DNA of 64,000 nt from Azolla caroliniana (taxonomy: Eukaryota; Plantae; Polypodiophyta), in NCBI GenBank assembly GCA_043228905.1, contig JBHGNT010000003.1, forward strand, positions 9,176,001 to 9,240,000. Direction: 5' to 3'. Below the pieces are notes generated by a model. It did not search any database. It worked only from the letters and a program-made list of their open reading frames with translations, and was not told where the DNA came from. The translations under genes and the position numbers were made by a program. Below are positions 36,410 to 48,323 of this stretch, piece after piece (within the stretch, counting starts at the first letter, position 1; each line of letters begins with the position of its first letter).

Positions 36410-37658
36410 CGTCGTGTTAAACAAGGTAGACTAGGGGAAAACGATGAAGAACTATAATTTCACGTTTTCGTGGGTGTCGTGAAGGAATTATTTCACGTTA
36501 TAAAAAATATACTCAAGTATTACACTAGGTGATATTTGAGAGACTTGAACACACAACCTTATATACCAAGTAGAAAAAACATACCACTAGGCTAAGTTGT
36601 TTTTTTTTAAAGATAAATATATAATGTAATTATCCCATGTAAATTAGAGCTCGAATGAGCGAGATGGGTATCATGCATCACACGTACTGCATGAGTGCTA
36701 AATGGCAATCATGCATCACATGCATTTAATGCATTCCATGCATTGTATGCATGTCTTGTACCCTCACATGTATCATATGCATGGGGGCATTTATATAAGA
36801 AAGGAAGAAAAATAAATAAAGGGGAGAGATAGGAATTAGCTCATTGAAAAAGTACCTTGTCTCTTAAAGTTGAAGTCAAGGGTGTAAAGCCATAATAATA
36901 ATATTTTTCTTCAACATCTTCTTCTTATCCGTCTTCTTCTCAACTATACCAAATTTCGATCTTCTCATGTGTAGCCTTGTTTATCTCACATCTTATGTTC
37001 ATCACATCTTCGTCTTTTTGTTAGCTTGGTGAATGTCCTTCTCGGTCCAAGACCCTGGTGGTTCCACTCGAGTGAAACACGCACACACGAAATTTTTTGG
37101 TGAACCCGACATGAAAGAAGCGGTAGGGAGGATCAAGGCGAGGATCCAACGATACGTGGAGATGGCATCCTCAAGCAATGAAGTGGGAGAATTTGAAAGA
37201 ATGATAGCAGTCGTGGAACAAATGATGAGATCCCGGGACAATGATGCGAGCGTGGAGAAGGTCGTTGACCGCGCTATGGAGGTCATGGGTCAATTTAATG
37301 GAACATTACAGAGGTCCTTGATGCATACAAAAGGGAGATGAATCAAAGGGATGTGACCCAAGCACGTCAAATATCAAGTTTTAAACAAGTTGCCGCTAAC
37401 AACGTCCAAAGGCGGGTCATCGAGTTTCAAGAAGGAAGGACAACGTGGTTCGAGTTTGAGAAAGCAATATTAGCGGAATTCATGGCTAAGGATTTGTCGA
37501 GGATGCTCGGGATATCTTGATGAAGTGGATAGAGAAGAAAAATAAAAAGATGAGCGCCTCGAGAGTATATGACGAGTTTAACCAAATGTTTAGTCGTCTC
37601 CCCACCATGGATCAAGCGTTGCTTGAGGAGGACAATACTTTGTACTTCCTGAAAGCTA
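36410..37658 (+). mobile_element. Element D: 5' LTR, PBS and gag start of an old Trp-primed gypsy related to C and F, truncated by an insertion
   Basis: (c)gtcgtg start; U5 motif agaccctggtggttcc; PBS TGGTGAACCCGACATGAA 37098-37115; gag GQFNG...DAYKREM homologous to C gag. Confidence 0.75.
36541..36594 (-). promoter_or_regulatory. tRNA-like Pol III A box/B box in U3 of the D LTR
   Basis: TAGCCTAGTGG, 32 nt, TGTTCAAGTCT. Confidence 0.55.
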
Positions 37659-38137
37659 TGTTAAAGTTAATATGCGAAAGCTTTGACATACCGGTTTATT
37701 AGAGATCTAGGTACTAAAGTAAGCTTAAGATAAGGATAAACTAATGATAGATAGAAAGGAGAAAGAGAAAGAAGGGTGCCGATCCACCCGACCACCCCCA
37801 AGCGAAGGGATCGAGACGGACTCGAGCCTCGATCGGCGTCCCATACCACCGCCGTGGCGTCGAGTCGTACCTAGTGCTGGCGCACTCGCTACAAGAGTTG
37901 ACCCACCACAAGACCATAGTCTTGATGTAGTCAAAAGGTGATCAAATGAGGGTAGCTAGGCCTCTTATTTATAGCGATACCCAAGGCCCCCAGGCAAGTT
38001 CACACTTGACCTAATGGGTTGTATCAATCCCGAGGATTAAAAGTAATCCTCCCCTTCTTTACACTCTCGTTTAACCCTCACACTTATCCACGTGTATAGA
38101 ATACTACGGTAAATTCTCACCACGGGATATTAAATGG

Positions 38138-41100
38138 TCATGCCCGTAACATACTCCCCTTCTTTAAAACATTGCACTCTTGTAATGGAAAGTTAGGGAA
38201 GTTTGTTCTTCGAGTATTCTCGCGTTCCCATGTGGCATCTTTGATAGATTTGTCCATCCATTTAATTTTAAATTCTAGGATTTCTTTAATACGTAACTTT
38301 TTTGTTTTAACATCGAGAATTCTTTCTGGTACATGTGGTTTCGAAGATAAATCTTTAGAAGTAACCAGAGTTTCAGTTGTAACTGTGTTGTCGCCAGAAC
38401 CTAGAAGTTCTTTTAGATGACTCACATGGAAGACTGGATGAATTCCAACACCATCGGGAAGAGCGAGACGATAAGCTAATGACCCAATGCGTTTGAGGAC
38501 TGTAAAAGGTCCACAAAACCGTGGGGCTAACTTAGCGCACTTACCCGTAGACAATGTCTTAGAATTGTGAGGTACACGTAAAAATACCTTCTGTCCAGGG
38601 TTGAATACACGAGGTTGCCTATGATGGTCGGCATAAAAACGCGCTCTATCTTGAGCTGTTTTTATATTATCTCGTGCAGTATGCAACATATCTTGCATAT
38701 CCCGAAGAAAGTTTTGCGTACTTCGCAACTCATCATGATGTATATTAACATCAATCGGGGCTCGTGGCTGAAAACCATACATCAACATAAATGGACTATA
38801 TCCCGTCGATGTATGCTTGGAGCTGTTATAAGCAAACTCCAAAATTGGGAGATAACGTTCCCATTTTGTTGGTTTTGCACCAACGTATGCTCGAAGCATG
38901 TCCTCAATAATTTGATTTACTCGTTCTGTCTGTCCATCGGATTGAGGATGATCCGTGGAGCTCATGCTCAACGTAGTTTCTAACTTCTTAAAGACTTGCG
39001 TCCAGAAGTCACTAGTAAACTTTGGATCTCGATCACTCACAATATCCATCGGTAACCCATAAAAACGAAATAATTCGTCAACGAATTGGTAAGCCAATTT
39101 AGGAGCTGTTACTGTGGTTTTAGTAGCAATAAATCTGGCCATTTTAGTTAGTCAATCAACGACAACCCAGATGGCATCATGACCTTTTTGGGTGCGAGGA
39201 AGGCTAACAATAAAATCCATGGATATACTTTCCCACTTATTATTGGGAATGTCCAAGGGATGTAAAAGTCCTGCGGCTTTATGTCGCTCGGCTTTGTTAA
39301 CCTGACACTGGTGACATTTAGTCACATAGCTATGTATGTCAGGACGTATCTTAGGCCAATAAAATTGAGTGGAGATGAGAACGAGTGTACGATGTATTCC
39401 AGGGTGCCCTGCTGAGGGGGCATCATGGCATTAAAAAAGAATCCTCTTTTTGACCTGGGGTCAAAATCTGGAACACAAACCTTCCCATTACGGTAGAGCA
39501 AACCGTTAGCAATGTCGAAGTATTCCTTCGAGGATGTGGTGGTGTTTGTTCCAGACTCAACTCTTGCCCAGTATTTTGCAAAATAACTGTCATCAGGATA
39601 CTTTCCTCAAAGGTGATCATAAAGATCTGATGTTATTTTAGTGAAGCTAAGCATGTTAACTTCACGGATGTGACTTAATGCATCAGCGACAGTGTTCATG
39701 GAACCTTTACGATATCGTATGGAAAAATCAAAGTCCTGGATGAGATCAGCCCATCGTGCCTTACGACCTTTCAGGTCTTGTTGGTCACAAAAATATTTCA
39801 AGGACTCGTGGTCCGTAGTTACCACAAAGCGATTTCCATAAAGATAATGGCGCCATGTTTTGAGTGCATGTATAACTGCAAATAATTCCGTTTCTTGAAC
39901 AATATACCGACATTGAGCAGAATCAAGTTTCTTACTCTCGAATGCTATTGGTTTACCATCTTGATATAAGACAACACCTATAGCATAATCGCTTGCATCA
40001 GTTTCAACCTCAAAAGGTTTTGAAGGATCGGATAAAAGAAGTGAAGGAGCCTTGCAAACCAGGTCCTTGAGTTCCTTAAAGGCGAGGCCTAGTGTAGCAT
40101 TCCACACAATAGGTTTTGTAGACTTACGCGTTTGACCTTTTAAAAGATCAGTAAACGGCATCGTCAATTGGGAGTAATTACGAAGAGACTTTCGCAAAAA
40201 CCCGACAAAACCAAGGAATGATCGAACTTCTCGAATATTCCGAAGAGTGGGCCAAAGCTTGATTTTCTCAATGCGAGAAGGATCAATTTCAACTCCTCGT
40301 TCGGTTATGAGATGTCCTAGATAAGTAATTGATTTCTTGAAGAACTCACATTTTGAGATCTTCGCATAAAACTGTTTGTCACGCAATGTTTGTAAAACAA
40401 AGCGGACATGTCTAGCATGTTCTTTTAATGTACGACTATAAACTAAAATATCATCCAAGAAAATAATGACAAATTTTCCAAGTTGTTCTCGGAAAATGTC
40501 ATTCATTTCTTGTTGAAAAGTAGCCGAAGCATTGGTCAAACCAAAAGGCATAACCAAAAACTCCTAATGGCCATAGTGTGTACGAAATGCCGTTTTAGGA
40601 ACATCATCCTCACTTATTTGTATTTGATGGTAGCCAGTACGGAGATCAAGTTTCGTAAAATACCGAGCTCCCTGGAGACGGTCAATTAGATCGTCAGCCC
40701 GGGGCAATGGGTACGAATTCTTGATCGTCACTTTATTCAAGCGTCGGTAATTAATACACATACGCCATGTGCTGTCTTTCTTTTTTACCAAGAGAACTGG
40801 TGCACCCCATGGAGATTTACTATAACGTATATAACCCATTCGTAAATAGTCCTTGAGTTGCTTAGATACCTCATCCTCTTCGGATCGACTTAAGCGATAA
40901 GGAGGTATACTTATTGGTGCAACACCAGGTACAATATCTATACGATGGTCTATATTACGTTTAGGAGGTAACCCATCAAGTAGTTCACTTGGAAAAACAT
41001 CATGAAAATCATTTAAGCTTTCATCAAGTTGTTGTTGTTCAAAATATGTTAATTGAACCGGGACATTATCGATATTGTAAACGTGAATGTCCGGATCAAG

Positions 41101-41565
41101 TACACAATAAAATAACGTACAACAAGACAACTCGGATATTGATGGACACGAGGAAACAATCAAGAGGGATTGTTTTTTTACACATTGAATAAAATGAGTA
41201 CAATCGTTCAGTACAAATGTAATTGAATGATGAACCCAATCAATAGATAAAGAAGAGTTTTTATTATAAAACCAGGGATAACCCAGTATTACATCGGAGG
41301 TACAAAGATTCATTACATGGAAGTCTACTTCCTCTATATAAGTATCAATAGAAATTCCTAATGAATGAATCGTCCCATTGATGTATTGTACTCTTCCATC
41401 AGCCAAGTGCACCGTGTAGGTGTGATCACTTATGGTGGGTTGGATTCCCCATATCTGAACCAAACGATCATTTACAAAATTGTGTGAGCTTCCTGAATCA
41501 AATAAAAATTGTACGGGAGATCCATTGATATACTTGTTTGCACGTAGTAAATCATTGGGACCCAA
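38138..41565 (-). pseudogene. Element E pol (PR-RT-RH-INT-chromodomain), disrupted
   Basis: [10 protein letters not shown]; FLDDILVYS; ETDASDYAIG; SDRDPKF; PRFCGPF; PERILD...KIKW...DATWE. Confidence 0.93.
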
Positions 41566-41577
41566 TACATAGTGAGG

Positions 41578-42573
41578 GAAATAACATTGACAATTACTTA
41601 AATGATGTGTATAGACCTGAAGGACATTAGGAATCTGACCTTAATGGTTTGCAACTTTAGCTTTGTTGTCGTGCTCTTTCCGTTGGAGCTTTCGACATTG
41701 ATCTTTTGTATGACCCTTCTTTTTGCAAAATATGCGAAAAGGATGTTGTCGCTTACAATCGTGATCCATGAATTCATTGGGTGTCTTGCGTTTCCCAATG
41801 AATTACGACTGCTTAGTCTCGGGCGCTTTGTTGGGTTTGTTGTGGTCCTTCTTTGAAGTGCGTTGATAGCGAAGAACTATTTCAACAGCCTCTTCTAAGG
41901 ATTTTGGATCCTTATCATGCACTATCCAGCGATAGTCCGAATTGGGGATGCCATTGACAAAACAAGCTATCAACCAATTGTCCCCTTCTAGACCCGATTT
42001 TTGGATTTGGGTTCTAGCATGGTGAACATAGTCTTCTAGCGAGGAAAATTTCTTGCTAGAGAGGTTCATTAAAGCTTGTGCCGCCTCGGTTCGAGAGGGA
42101 GGTTGCAAAAATTGGCCCTTATAAACTGTGACAAAATCTGTCTAGGTATCGGGCAATTTCCCCATAGTACGAAGCCCACGCCACCAGGCGGCGGCCTTAC
42201 CCCCGAGTTCTCGGTCGACATATGCATTCTTCGTACTATCTGGTGTGGGATAGAGCTCAAAATGAGACTCCCATCTTCCTAACCATGTGCAAATTGCTTC
42301 TTCGGTTCTTTCCTTTTTGTCTCCCGTAAATGGCTTAACGACAAATGATGGTTCACCTTGTTGCTCATCAGGTCTATTAGTCTCACGTTGTAGACTAATG
42401 ACACGTGCCTCAAGAGCACTCTGAGATTGCCGAAGTTCGGTCACCTGTTGAGCGGTGAAACTAAGGTATTGGGTTATTTGTGCCAAATATATCTCAGTGG
42501 ACATTTGTCCAAGAGGATTCCCTTGAGTTCCTTCCCCTTGAGCGGATGACATCGGGTCGTTAATTTGAGCCAT
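41578..42573 (-). pseudogene. Element E gag, disrupted
   Basis: KPFTGD..WLGRWESHF..GKAAAWW; PKSLEEAV; knuckle CIFCKKKGHTKDQC. Confidence 0.85.
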
Positions 42574-43750
42574 TAAAGATTATTTTTGGGAAAGAAATAG
42601 GATAAGGTCAGAGAGATAGTCATAACATCATGTCGTGATGTAAACATATCATGGGCAAACATTAATCGATATCATGATCTCACGTCAATACCCCTCTAGA
42701 CGTATGAGATGAGGTTTAAGATCATGTTACTATGGTAACACAAAGGTGTTTATGGGGGTGACAATTTAATGTCTTTCCTTGATCTCTATATCGATTTTTT
42801 CATGGCGGCTCCTCGAGGCTCAACCATGTATGTTCGCGTCATGAGTAGTTTATACACGAAAAAAATGTTAACAATAAACTATGTTTCTTTGCCCACATAT
42901 GTGGTTTCGGCTCTTAAAGTCCTATTACGAGGACCCCGAGGTGCACTTAGACCTTAAGTCTAAACATGTGTTACAGTCATATGTATCAAAGATGTTGTAT
43001 GGTCTTGGTCATATTTGAACTCGAGACCTCGAGAACAAATACATTAAACACTTGAGCCAACCAAGTAAGTTGCTCTTCTCGAATGCTTAATGTTTGATGC
43101 GTATAAGAGATATGCGAGGCATTTGATCATATATGTTTTTTTTAAAAGAACATATATGTCAAGGGTCCTTATTTCACCCTCATTTACCAAAACTATGTTG
43201 GTATGTTACCTAACCTCAAGTCTTGTAATTACGATGGCATACGCCAAAGTGCAACCTAATGGTCAAGCCAAATGAGCCCTCGTTTCGTAGTAGGCCCACG
43301 TGGCCCATCACATGGTCATGTCATTACGAATGCCTCTCGTAAGAACGAGCTCATGGTGGCATCGTATCCATGTAACGAGGGAGGGATGTTGGATATGTGT
43401 GTCATAGGAGCGACCTCACATGAAGTGGGTCAAGGCCTATGTTCTCAACATCATTGTGGCTATAGGCATTTCTTTATGTAATAAAATCGAAGACACCAAC
43501 GAGAATGTCAACAATAAAAAATTGTTGAAAAAAGGGATGGTGACAACGCCATTCTCATAAAAATGTGAGGACGGCCACCAAGATCCTTTCCCCGAAAAGG
43601 AAAACATTCGATATAAAGATCACGTAATATCAAATATACATATATGTTTATTTATCACATATATACGATCAAATATGTATACACGTGACCACATATGCGT
43701 ATATTAAAAAAAACCGTAACATCAAATAGCCAACATATGATGAAATTGAG

Positions 43751-44015
43751 ACACGTAATCGAGGTATATACCTCTACGCACACGAAACATCCACAAATAA
43801 GAGATCATTGTAATACGCAATTGAGGTATTGACCTCTTACGATATGAGACCAAACGCATATCCTTTACAACAAATCAAGGTATTAAAATCATATGCAAAC
43901 GTAACATATGTTCGTGAACATAATACGTAATTGAGGTATTAACCTCGTACGCATATGACACTCATCACATATTATTTTTATGTCAAACGAGGTATTCACC
44001 TCGTGTACATATGTA
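43751..44015. repeat. Five about 35-bp repeats with palindromic core GAGGT-N4-ACCTC at 54-62 bp period in the leader of E
   Basis: Cores at 43761, 43823, 43877 (degenerate), 43933 and 43989. Confidence 0.8.
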
Positions 44016-44866
44016 AACGTTTTAGATAATCAATTAAAGACCACTACAACATCCTTGACTTAATGAAAAAAAATGACATATAAACTAAACATATGATTAG
44101 ATGGGAGAAGAGAGAATAGAAAAAAAAAATTACGGAAAGAGTTACCGAAGTTCTTTGTTGATCGTTGTCTGGATCAAGGCCAACCGCACATCGATCGATC
44201 ACCATCAATCAAAAGACAAAAGACAAACAAAGAAACATTAGTACATAACTCTGATACCAAATATTAGAGATCTAGGTACTAAAGTAAGCTTAAGATAAGG
44301 ATAAACAAATGATAGATAGAAAGGAGAAAGAGAAAGAAGGGTGTCGATCCACCCGACCACCCCCGAGTGAAGGGATCGAGACGGACTCGAGCCTTGATTG
44401 GCGTCCCATACCACCGCCGTGGCGTCAAGTCCTACCTGGTGTTGGCGCGCTCGCTACAAGAGTTGACCCACCACAAGACCAGAGTCTCGATGTAGTCAAA
44501 AGATGATCAAATGAGGGTAGCTAGGCCTCTTATTTATAGCGATACCCAAGGCCCCCAGGCAAGTTCACACTTGACCTAATGGGTTGTCTCAATCCCGAGG
44601 ATTAAAAGTAATCCTCCCCTTCTTTACACTCTCGTTTAACCCTCACACTTATCCACGTGTATAGAATACTACGGTAAATTCTCACCACGGGTTATTAAAT
44701 GGTCATGCCCATAACACGGTTTATCTAGATAGTAACATAAAACAGAGAATGAAGGTTTAATGGAAGTTGAAGAATAGAGAATACACAGGAGAGACAGAGA
44801 GAGAGCAGAAAGCATAAACTAAATTCAAAATAATAACTCTTTGTACATTGGATGTTCTCAGTGACA

Positions 44867-45516
44867 GAAGTACTATGTACTTCTCCGGAACAGTGATAGA
44901 AAGGACGCTCACAACTGAGACCGGCAGGATAGCTACCGGGATTACAATGGTGAACCATATGAGCGATACAACCGGGATCACTCTCCCGGTTACAACCAAC
45001 GGAGGGAGGATCAGGGCAGTTATGAAAATCGGCCCTGACAAGGTTACCAGAACATAAAACGCTTCAATAAAAAATGGAACGCTAGAAAGGAGGACCGCCA
45101 GTGGCAGTCGGACAAGGGCACACCAAGTACCCAACCGGACCAAGGCCAAGTACCCAACCGACCACCAAAAGGACCTCAACCAGGTACTGGAGCGAACGCC
45201 GAATCTAGCAACACCCGGAAAGCGTACTACTATTGCCGGCAAGAAGGACATTACAGTAATCAATGTCTGGTTAAAAGCTACGAGAAAAGACCAGCCGCAA
45301 ATATGATGGTAGCAGAAGTCGCCGACATACAACAAGTCACCACCAGGGCAAAAGGCAAAACAACGGAGTGGGAAACAAAGGAGGCAATCCGAAAGTAAAC
45401 CACCGAGTGGGTGAAGAAAGAAAATGAGTAGAATGTGGCTAAGCTTGAACAACAAAAGGAGAAACTGGAAGAGGCCACCGACACGATTCAGCCGGAAAAC
45501 CCAACATGGCAAGCGT
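44867..45516 (+). pseudogene. Element H gag C-terminal remnant
   Basis: Knuckle (C>Y)YYCRQEGHYSNQC; VTTRAKGK; frame rejoins as WQA|LQECQI across F. Confidence 0.75.
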
Positions 45517-45972
45517 TGTCGCGAAGATTCACGCGTGCGTGTGTCGCTCGAACGGGACCACCGGGGTCTCTGACCAGGGAGGACGTTTACCAAGTTATCG
45601 AGAAACAATGTTACCCTTGACAAGATCAAAAGTTTGATGATTATAAGAAGTACAATAAGAAGTATCAAAGATGAAAGAAGATGAATAATAGAAGTATAAT
45701 TATAAGAAGAATTTTATATTGATGATGATGATGACGTTGGTGATATCACCTATTGAACCCCCCCCTTACACAAGCCTTGCTAGAGGCTTTTATAAGTCTC
45801 TCCATGCTTGTGACATGCACAAAACCATTGTTTTGTGCACATGGTTTTGCTTATGACATGCACAAAACCATGGGCTTAAAACCATGGTTTTATGTACACG
45901 GTTTTGACTGTTTGCTACCTATGCAATGCTGAATATGAAAAGAAAACATACAAAATGTAAAGCATGTAATAG

Positions 45973-46027
45973 TAGCTTAAGTGGTATGATAATTGCTTCT
46001 TATCTTAGACGTGCAAGGTTCAAATCC
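45973..46027 (+). promoter_or_regulatory. tRNA-like Pol III A box/B box in U3 of the F 3' LTR
   Basis: TAGCTTAAGTGG, 32 nt, GGTTCAAATCC. Confidence 0.6.
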
Positions 46028-46199
46028 TACTTGCAACCCTCAATATGTACTCAGTGCCATCATGTCCTAGGTTTCATTTTTACAAGTATTTGTGTAATGT
46101 GCATGTATCCTCAATTTTTCACTTTTTCTCGTATTAAACACGCCACATCACGACATCCACCCCCACCAAACTGCACATCCTCCGGCATGTGCCAAGAAG

Positions 46200-48323
46200 G
46201 AAAAGAGTGATGTGGTGGGGCCAAAGGTTGTTAACCTTCGATTTGCTCCTTTCTTGTGCCTTGCTCACACTATCTTTGTCCCTCCATTTTGAGCTTGTCC
46301 ATTCCTTCCAGCCGAACCATCGTCGCCATCCAACCCACCATATCGTTCGCTCGCACTTCGCAATGCTATGACCGGTTTTCATGGCCCCCTTCGCCCCTCT
46401 TGAGCATAACCTTTCACAATTTGTGTATGTGCCACCTGCATCTTGTCTATCTCCTTGGTCAAGAAACTTCGATCCTTCATTCTTTCTCGTCCCCTGCTTG
46501 CCTTCACAAGACCTCATTCGAATGTCGATGGTGACTACCCAACGTAGTTCCTTCAAGCGCATGCTCATCTCGAGGTCTCTAAGAGACCATATTTCATGCC
46601 TCTCTTTCATCCATTTGTTGTGGTAAACTCTTGCGTTTGAGTTGACCATCATACCTTTGATCTTCATGCTAGTGTCCTCCCTCATGTTAGAAGACATGAT
46701 CACTTTCTGAGGTACACCTTTCAAATCCTCTTGGCTTGCTTAGACGTCATTGTCCATTGCAACACTTTCTTTGGCCTCTTTGTTGTGCACATCTACTTTC
46801 GTCGTTGTGCTTCGTTTGGACTTTTCATCGTACACACCGACTTCATTCTTGGCATCCTCGCAACCACCTTCCATCTCTTCGGTCTCATGTTGGCTCTCGA
46901 ACGCAACTGCGGAAGTCTCTGGAACAAGTGTGGAGGAATCCTCTCCATGGTCCTTGCTGGTTCTTGCCATCTTCGGGCCGATGTCATTGTCTATGGCTAT
47001 GTTCCCATCATGTGCATCAGCTCCAACCTTCGCTTCCTCGCCGCCACCTTCCGTCTCTTGGGTCTCACGTTGATTCTCGGATGCAACTGCCCAAGTCTCT
47101 AGAACATGTGTGGAGGATTCCATACGCCTTTGGTTGATCACCTTTGCGATGTTGTCCATAGTCACCTCCTTGATGTTGTTTTTCGTGGCTACCTTCTTAA
47201 TCATGTGGGCCTCGCACTCTTTATCCTCTTTGATCATGCAAGCTTCTATTAGGCTTGCTCCTTCACCACCCGACGTTTCGAACATGACGCATGTTCTGAA
47301 ACATTCTTCCTCCCTTGGACTGGCATTTTCCGTCCTTGATTGATTGGTTTCATCCTTCTCTGTTGTTTCTTTCTAAGATGAGAAGATGATTTGTTCTGCA
47401 TTTTCTCCTGTGGTACTGCCGTACCGAACTTGAGCCTTCGAATCCACCACTTCCTTAATTTGCATTTGTGGAGAGGTCTCTTCTTCCTCAACCATCATTC
47501 GCCTAAGTTTTTGTCCCTTTTGAAGTTTCTCTTTAGCCTCAACTTGCGCCTTTAAGTTCTCGTATGCCTCCTTTACGAAGGCCTCTATGTCGAGTACTGT
47601 CGAACCTTCCATCTTCGAGCTTTCTTCCTTTGGTGGTGGCATGTTACTGCATCTTGTCCTCCTACTATCGTCCCTCATCGGTCGTGACATTGTCGACAAG
47701 ATTCCTATCTTCCTCTTGTCATGTTGTTGGCATACCCTTTTCACTTCGGCCCAATTTTCAGTGAGGTTGTTCACACCATCGCCGTCCTCGAGTTGGACTC
47801 CAATGGCCGTCCTTTTCTTCCGATCAATCGACTTGATGAACATTAAGACTTTATTCGCCCCAACCAATCCTTGTTCCCGCTCCGAGAGTTGAGCGAACCG
47901 ACACTCAAACTCAATGAATGCATGCATAACACTCTGGTTGGTCTTCCTCGATGACACCCATTGGTCAAACTTGTATAGACCTCGTCCCTTCGACTCTTCA
48001 TGATCATATGCCTCTCGTAAAGCTTCTTCGAAGGACACCCACGAATCGTGAGCTTTTTGAAGCTCTTTCATATCTTTTTAGATTGGTTCGTCCACCACTC
48101 GACAAAAGTACTCTAGCCTCATTGCTTCATTCACACAACTTGAATCCATTTCAGCATTGTAGGCCTCTAGAAAATTTTGGACTTTGCCTCCGTCGAAACA
48201 TCCGACTCGCCCGACCATGCTTTCGATGGCTTGTTGGGTCGCATCTCGTCTTTTCCCTTCTCTTGAAAATTCCATTATCATATTTGACATTGCCTCCATG
48301 AGATATTCCTCATCCATCTTCAC
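46200..48323 (-). pseudogene. Element F gag-like ORF with acidic low-complexity tail
   Basis: GCFDGGKVQNFLEAYNAEM, EFECRFAQL and KVLMFIKSID align with C gag. Confidence 0.8.

Larger units (their letters stand above)
37697..44716 (-). mobile_element. Element E: tRNA-Met-primed chromovirus (Ty3/gypsy) with a long 5' leader
   Basis: 455-bp LTRs 37697-38151 and 44262-44716; TSD cggtt; PBS TGGTATCAGAG 44259-44249; PPT aaagaaggggag. Confidence 0.95.
37659..44866 (-). repeat. Orphan LTR end fragment (37659-37696 plus 44722 to about 44866), split by element E
   Basis: Begins tgttaaag abruptly inside D gag; pyrimidine-rich U5-like sequence on the minus strand ending ...taaca; partner not in the window. 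Confidence 0.5.

Noticed and set aside
43751-44015. CRISPR array
   Set aside because: Repeats are degenerate, the context is a eukaryotic retrotransposon leader and no cas genes are present; kept only as a palindromic array.
44757-45668. 303-aa hydrophobic minus-strand ORF (similar cases at 9628-10107 and 31454-32041)
   Set aside because: Antisense shadow of purine-rich coding sequence, crossing element boundaries.
45966-46040. Functional tRNA genes at the A/B-box modules
   Set aside because: Anticodon, T and acceptor stems do not pair properly; reported as promoter-like relics only.
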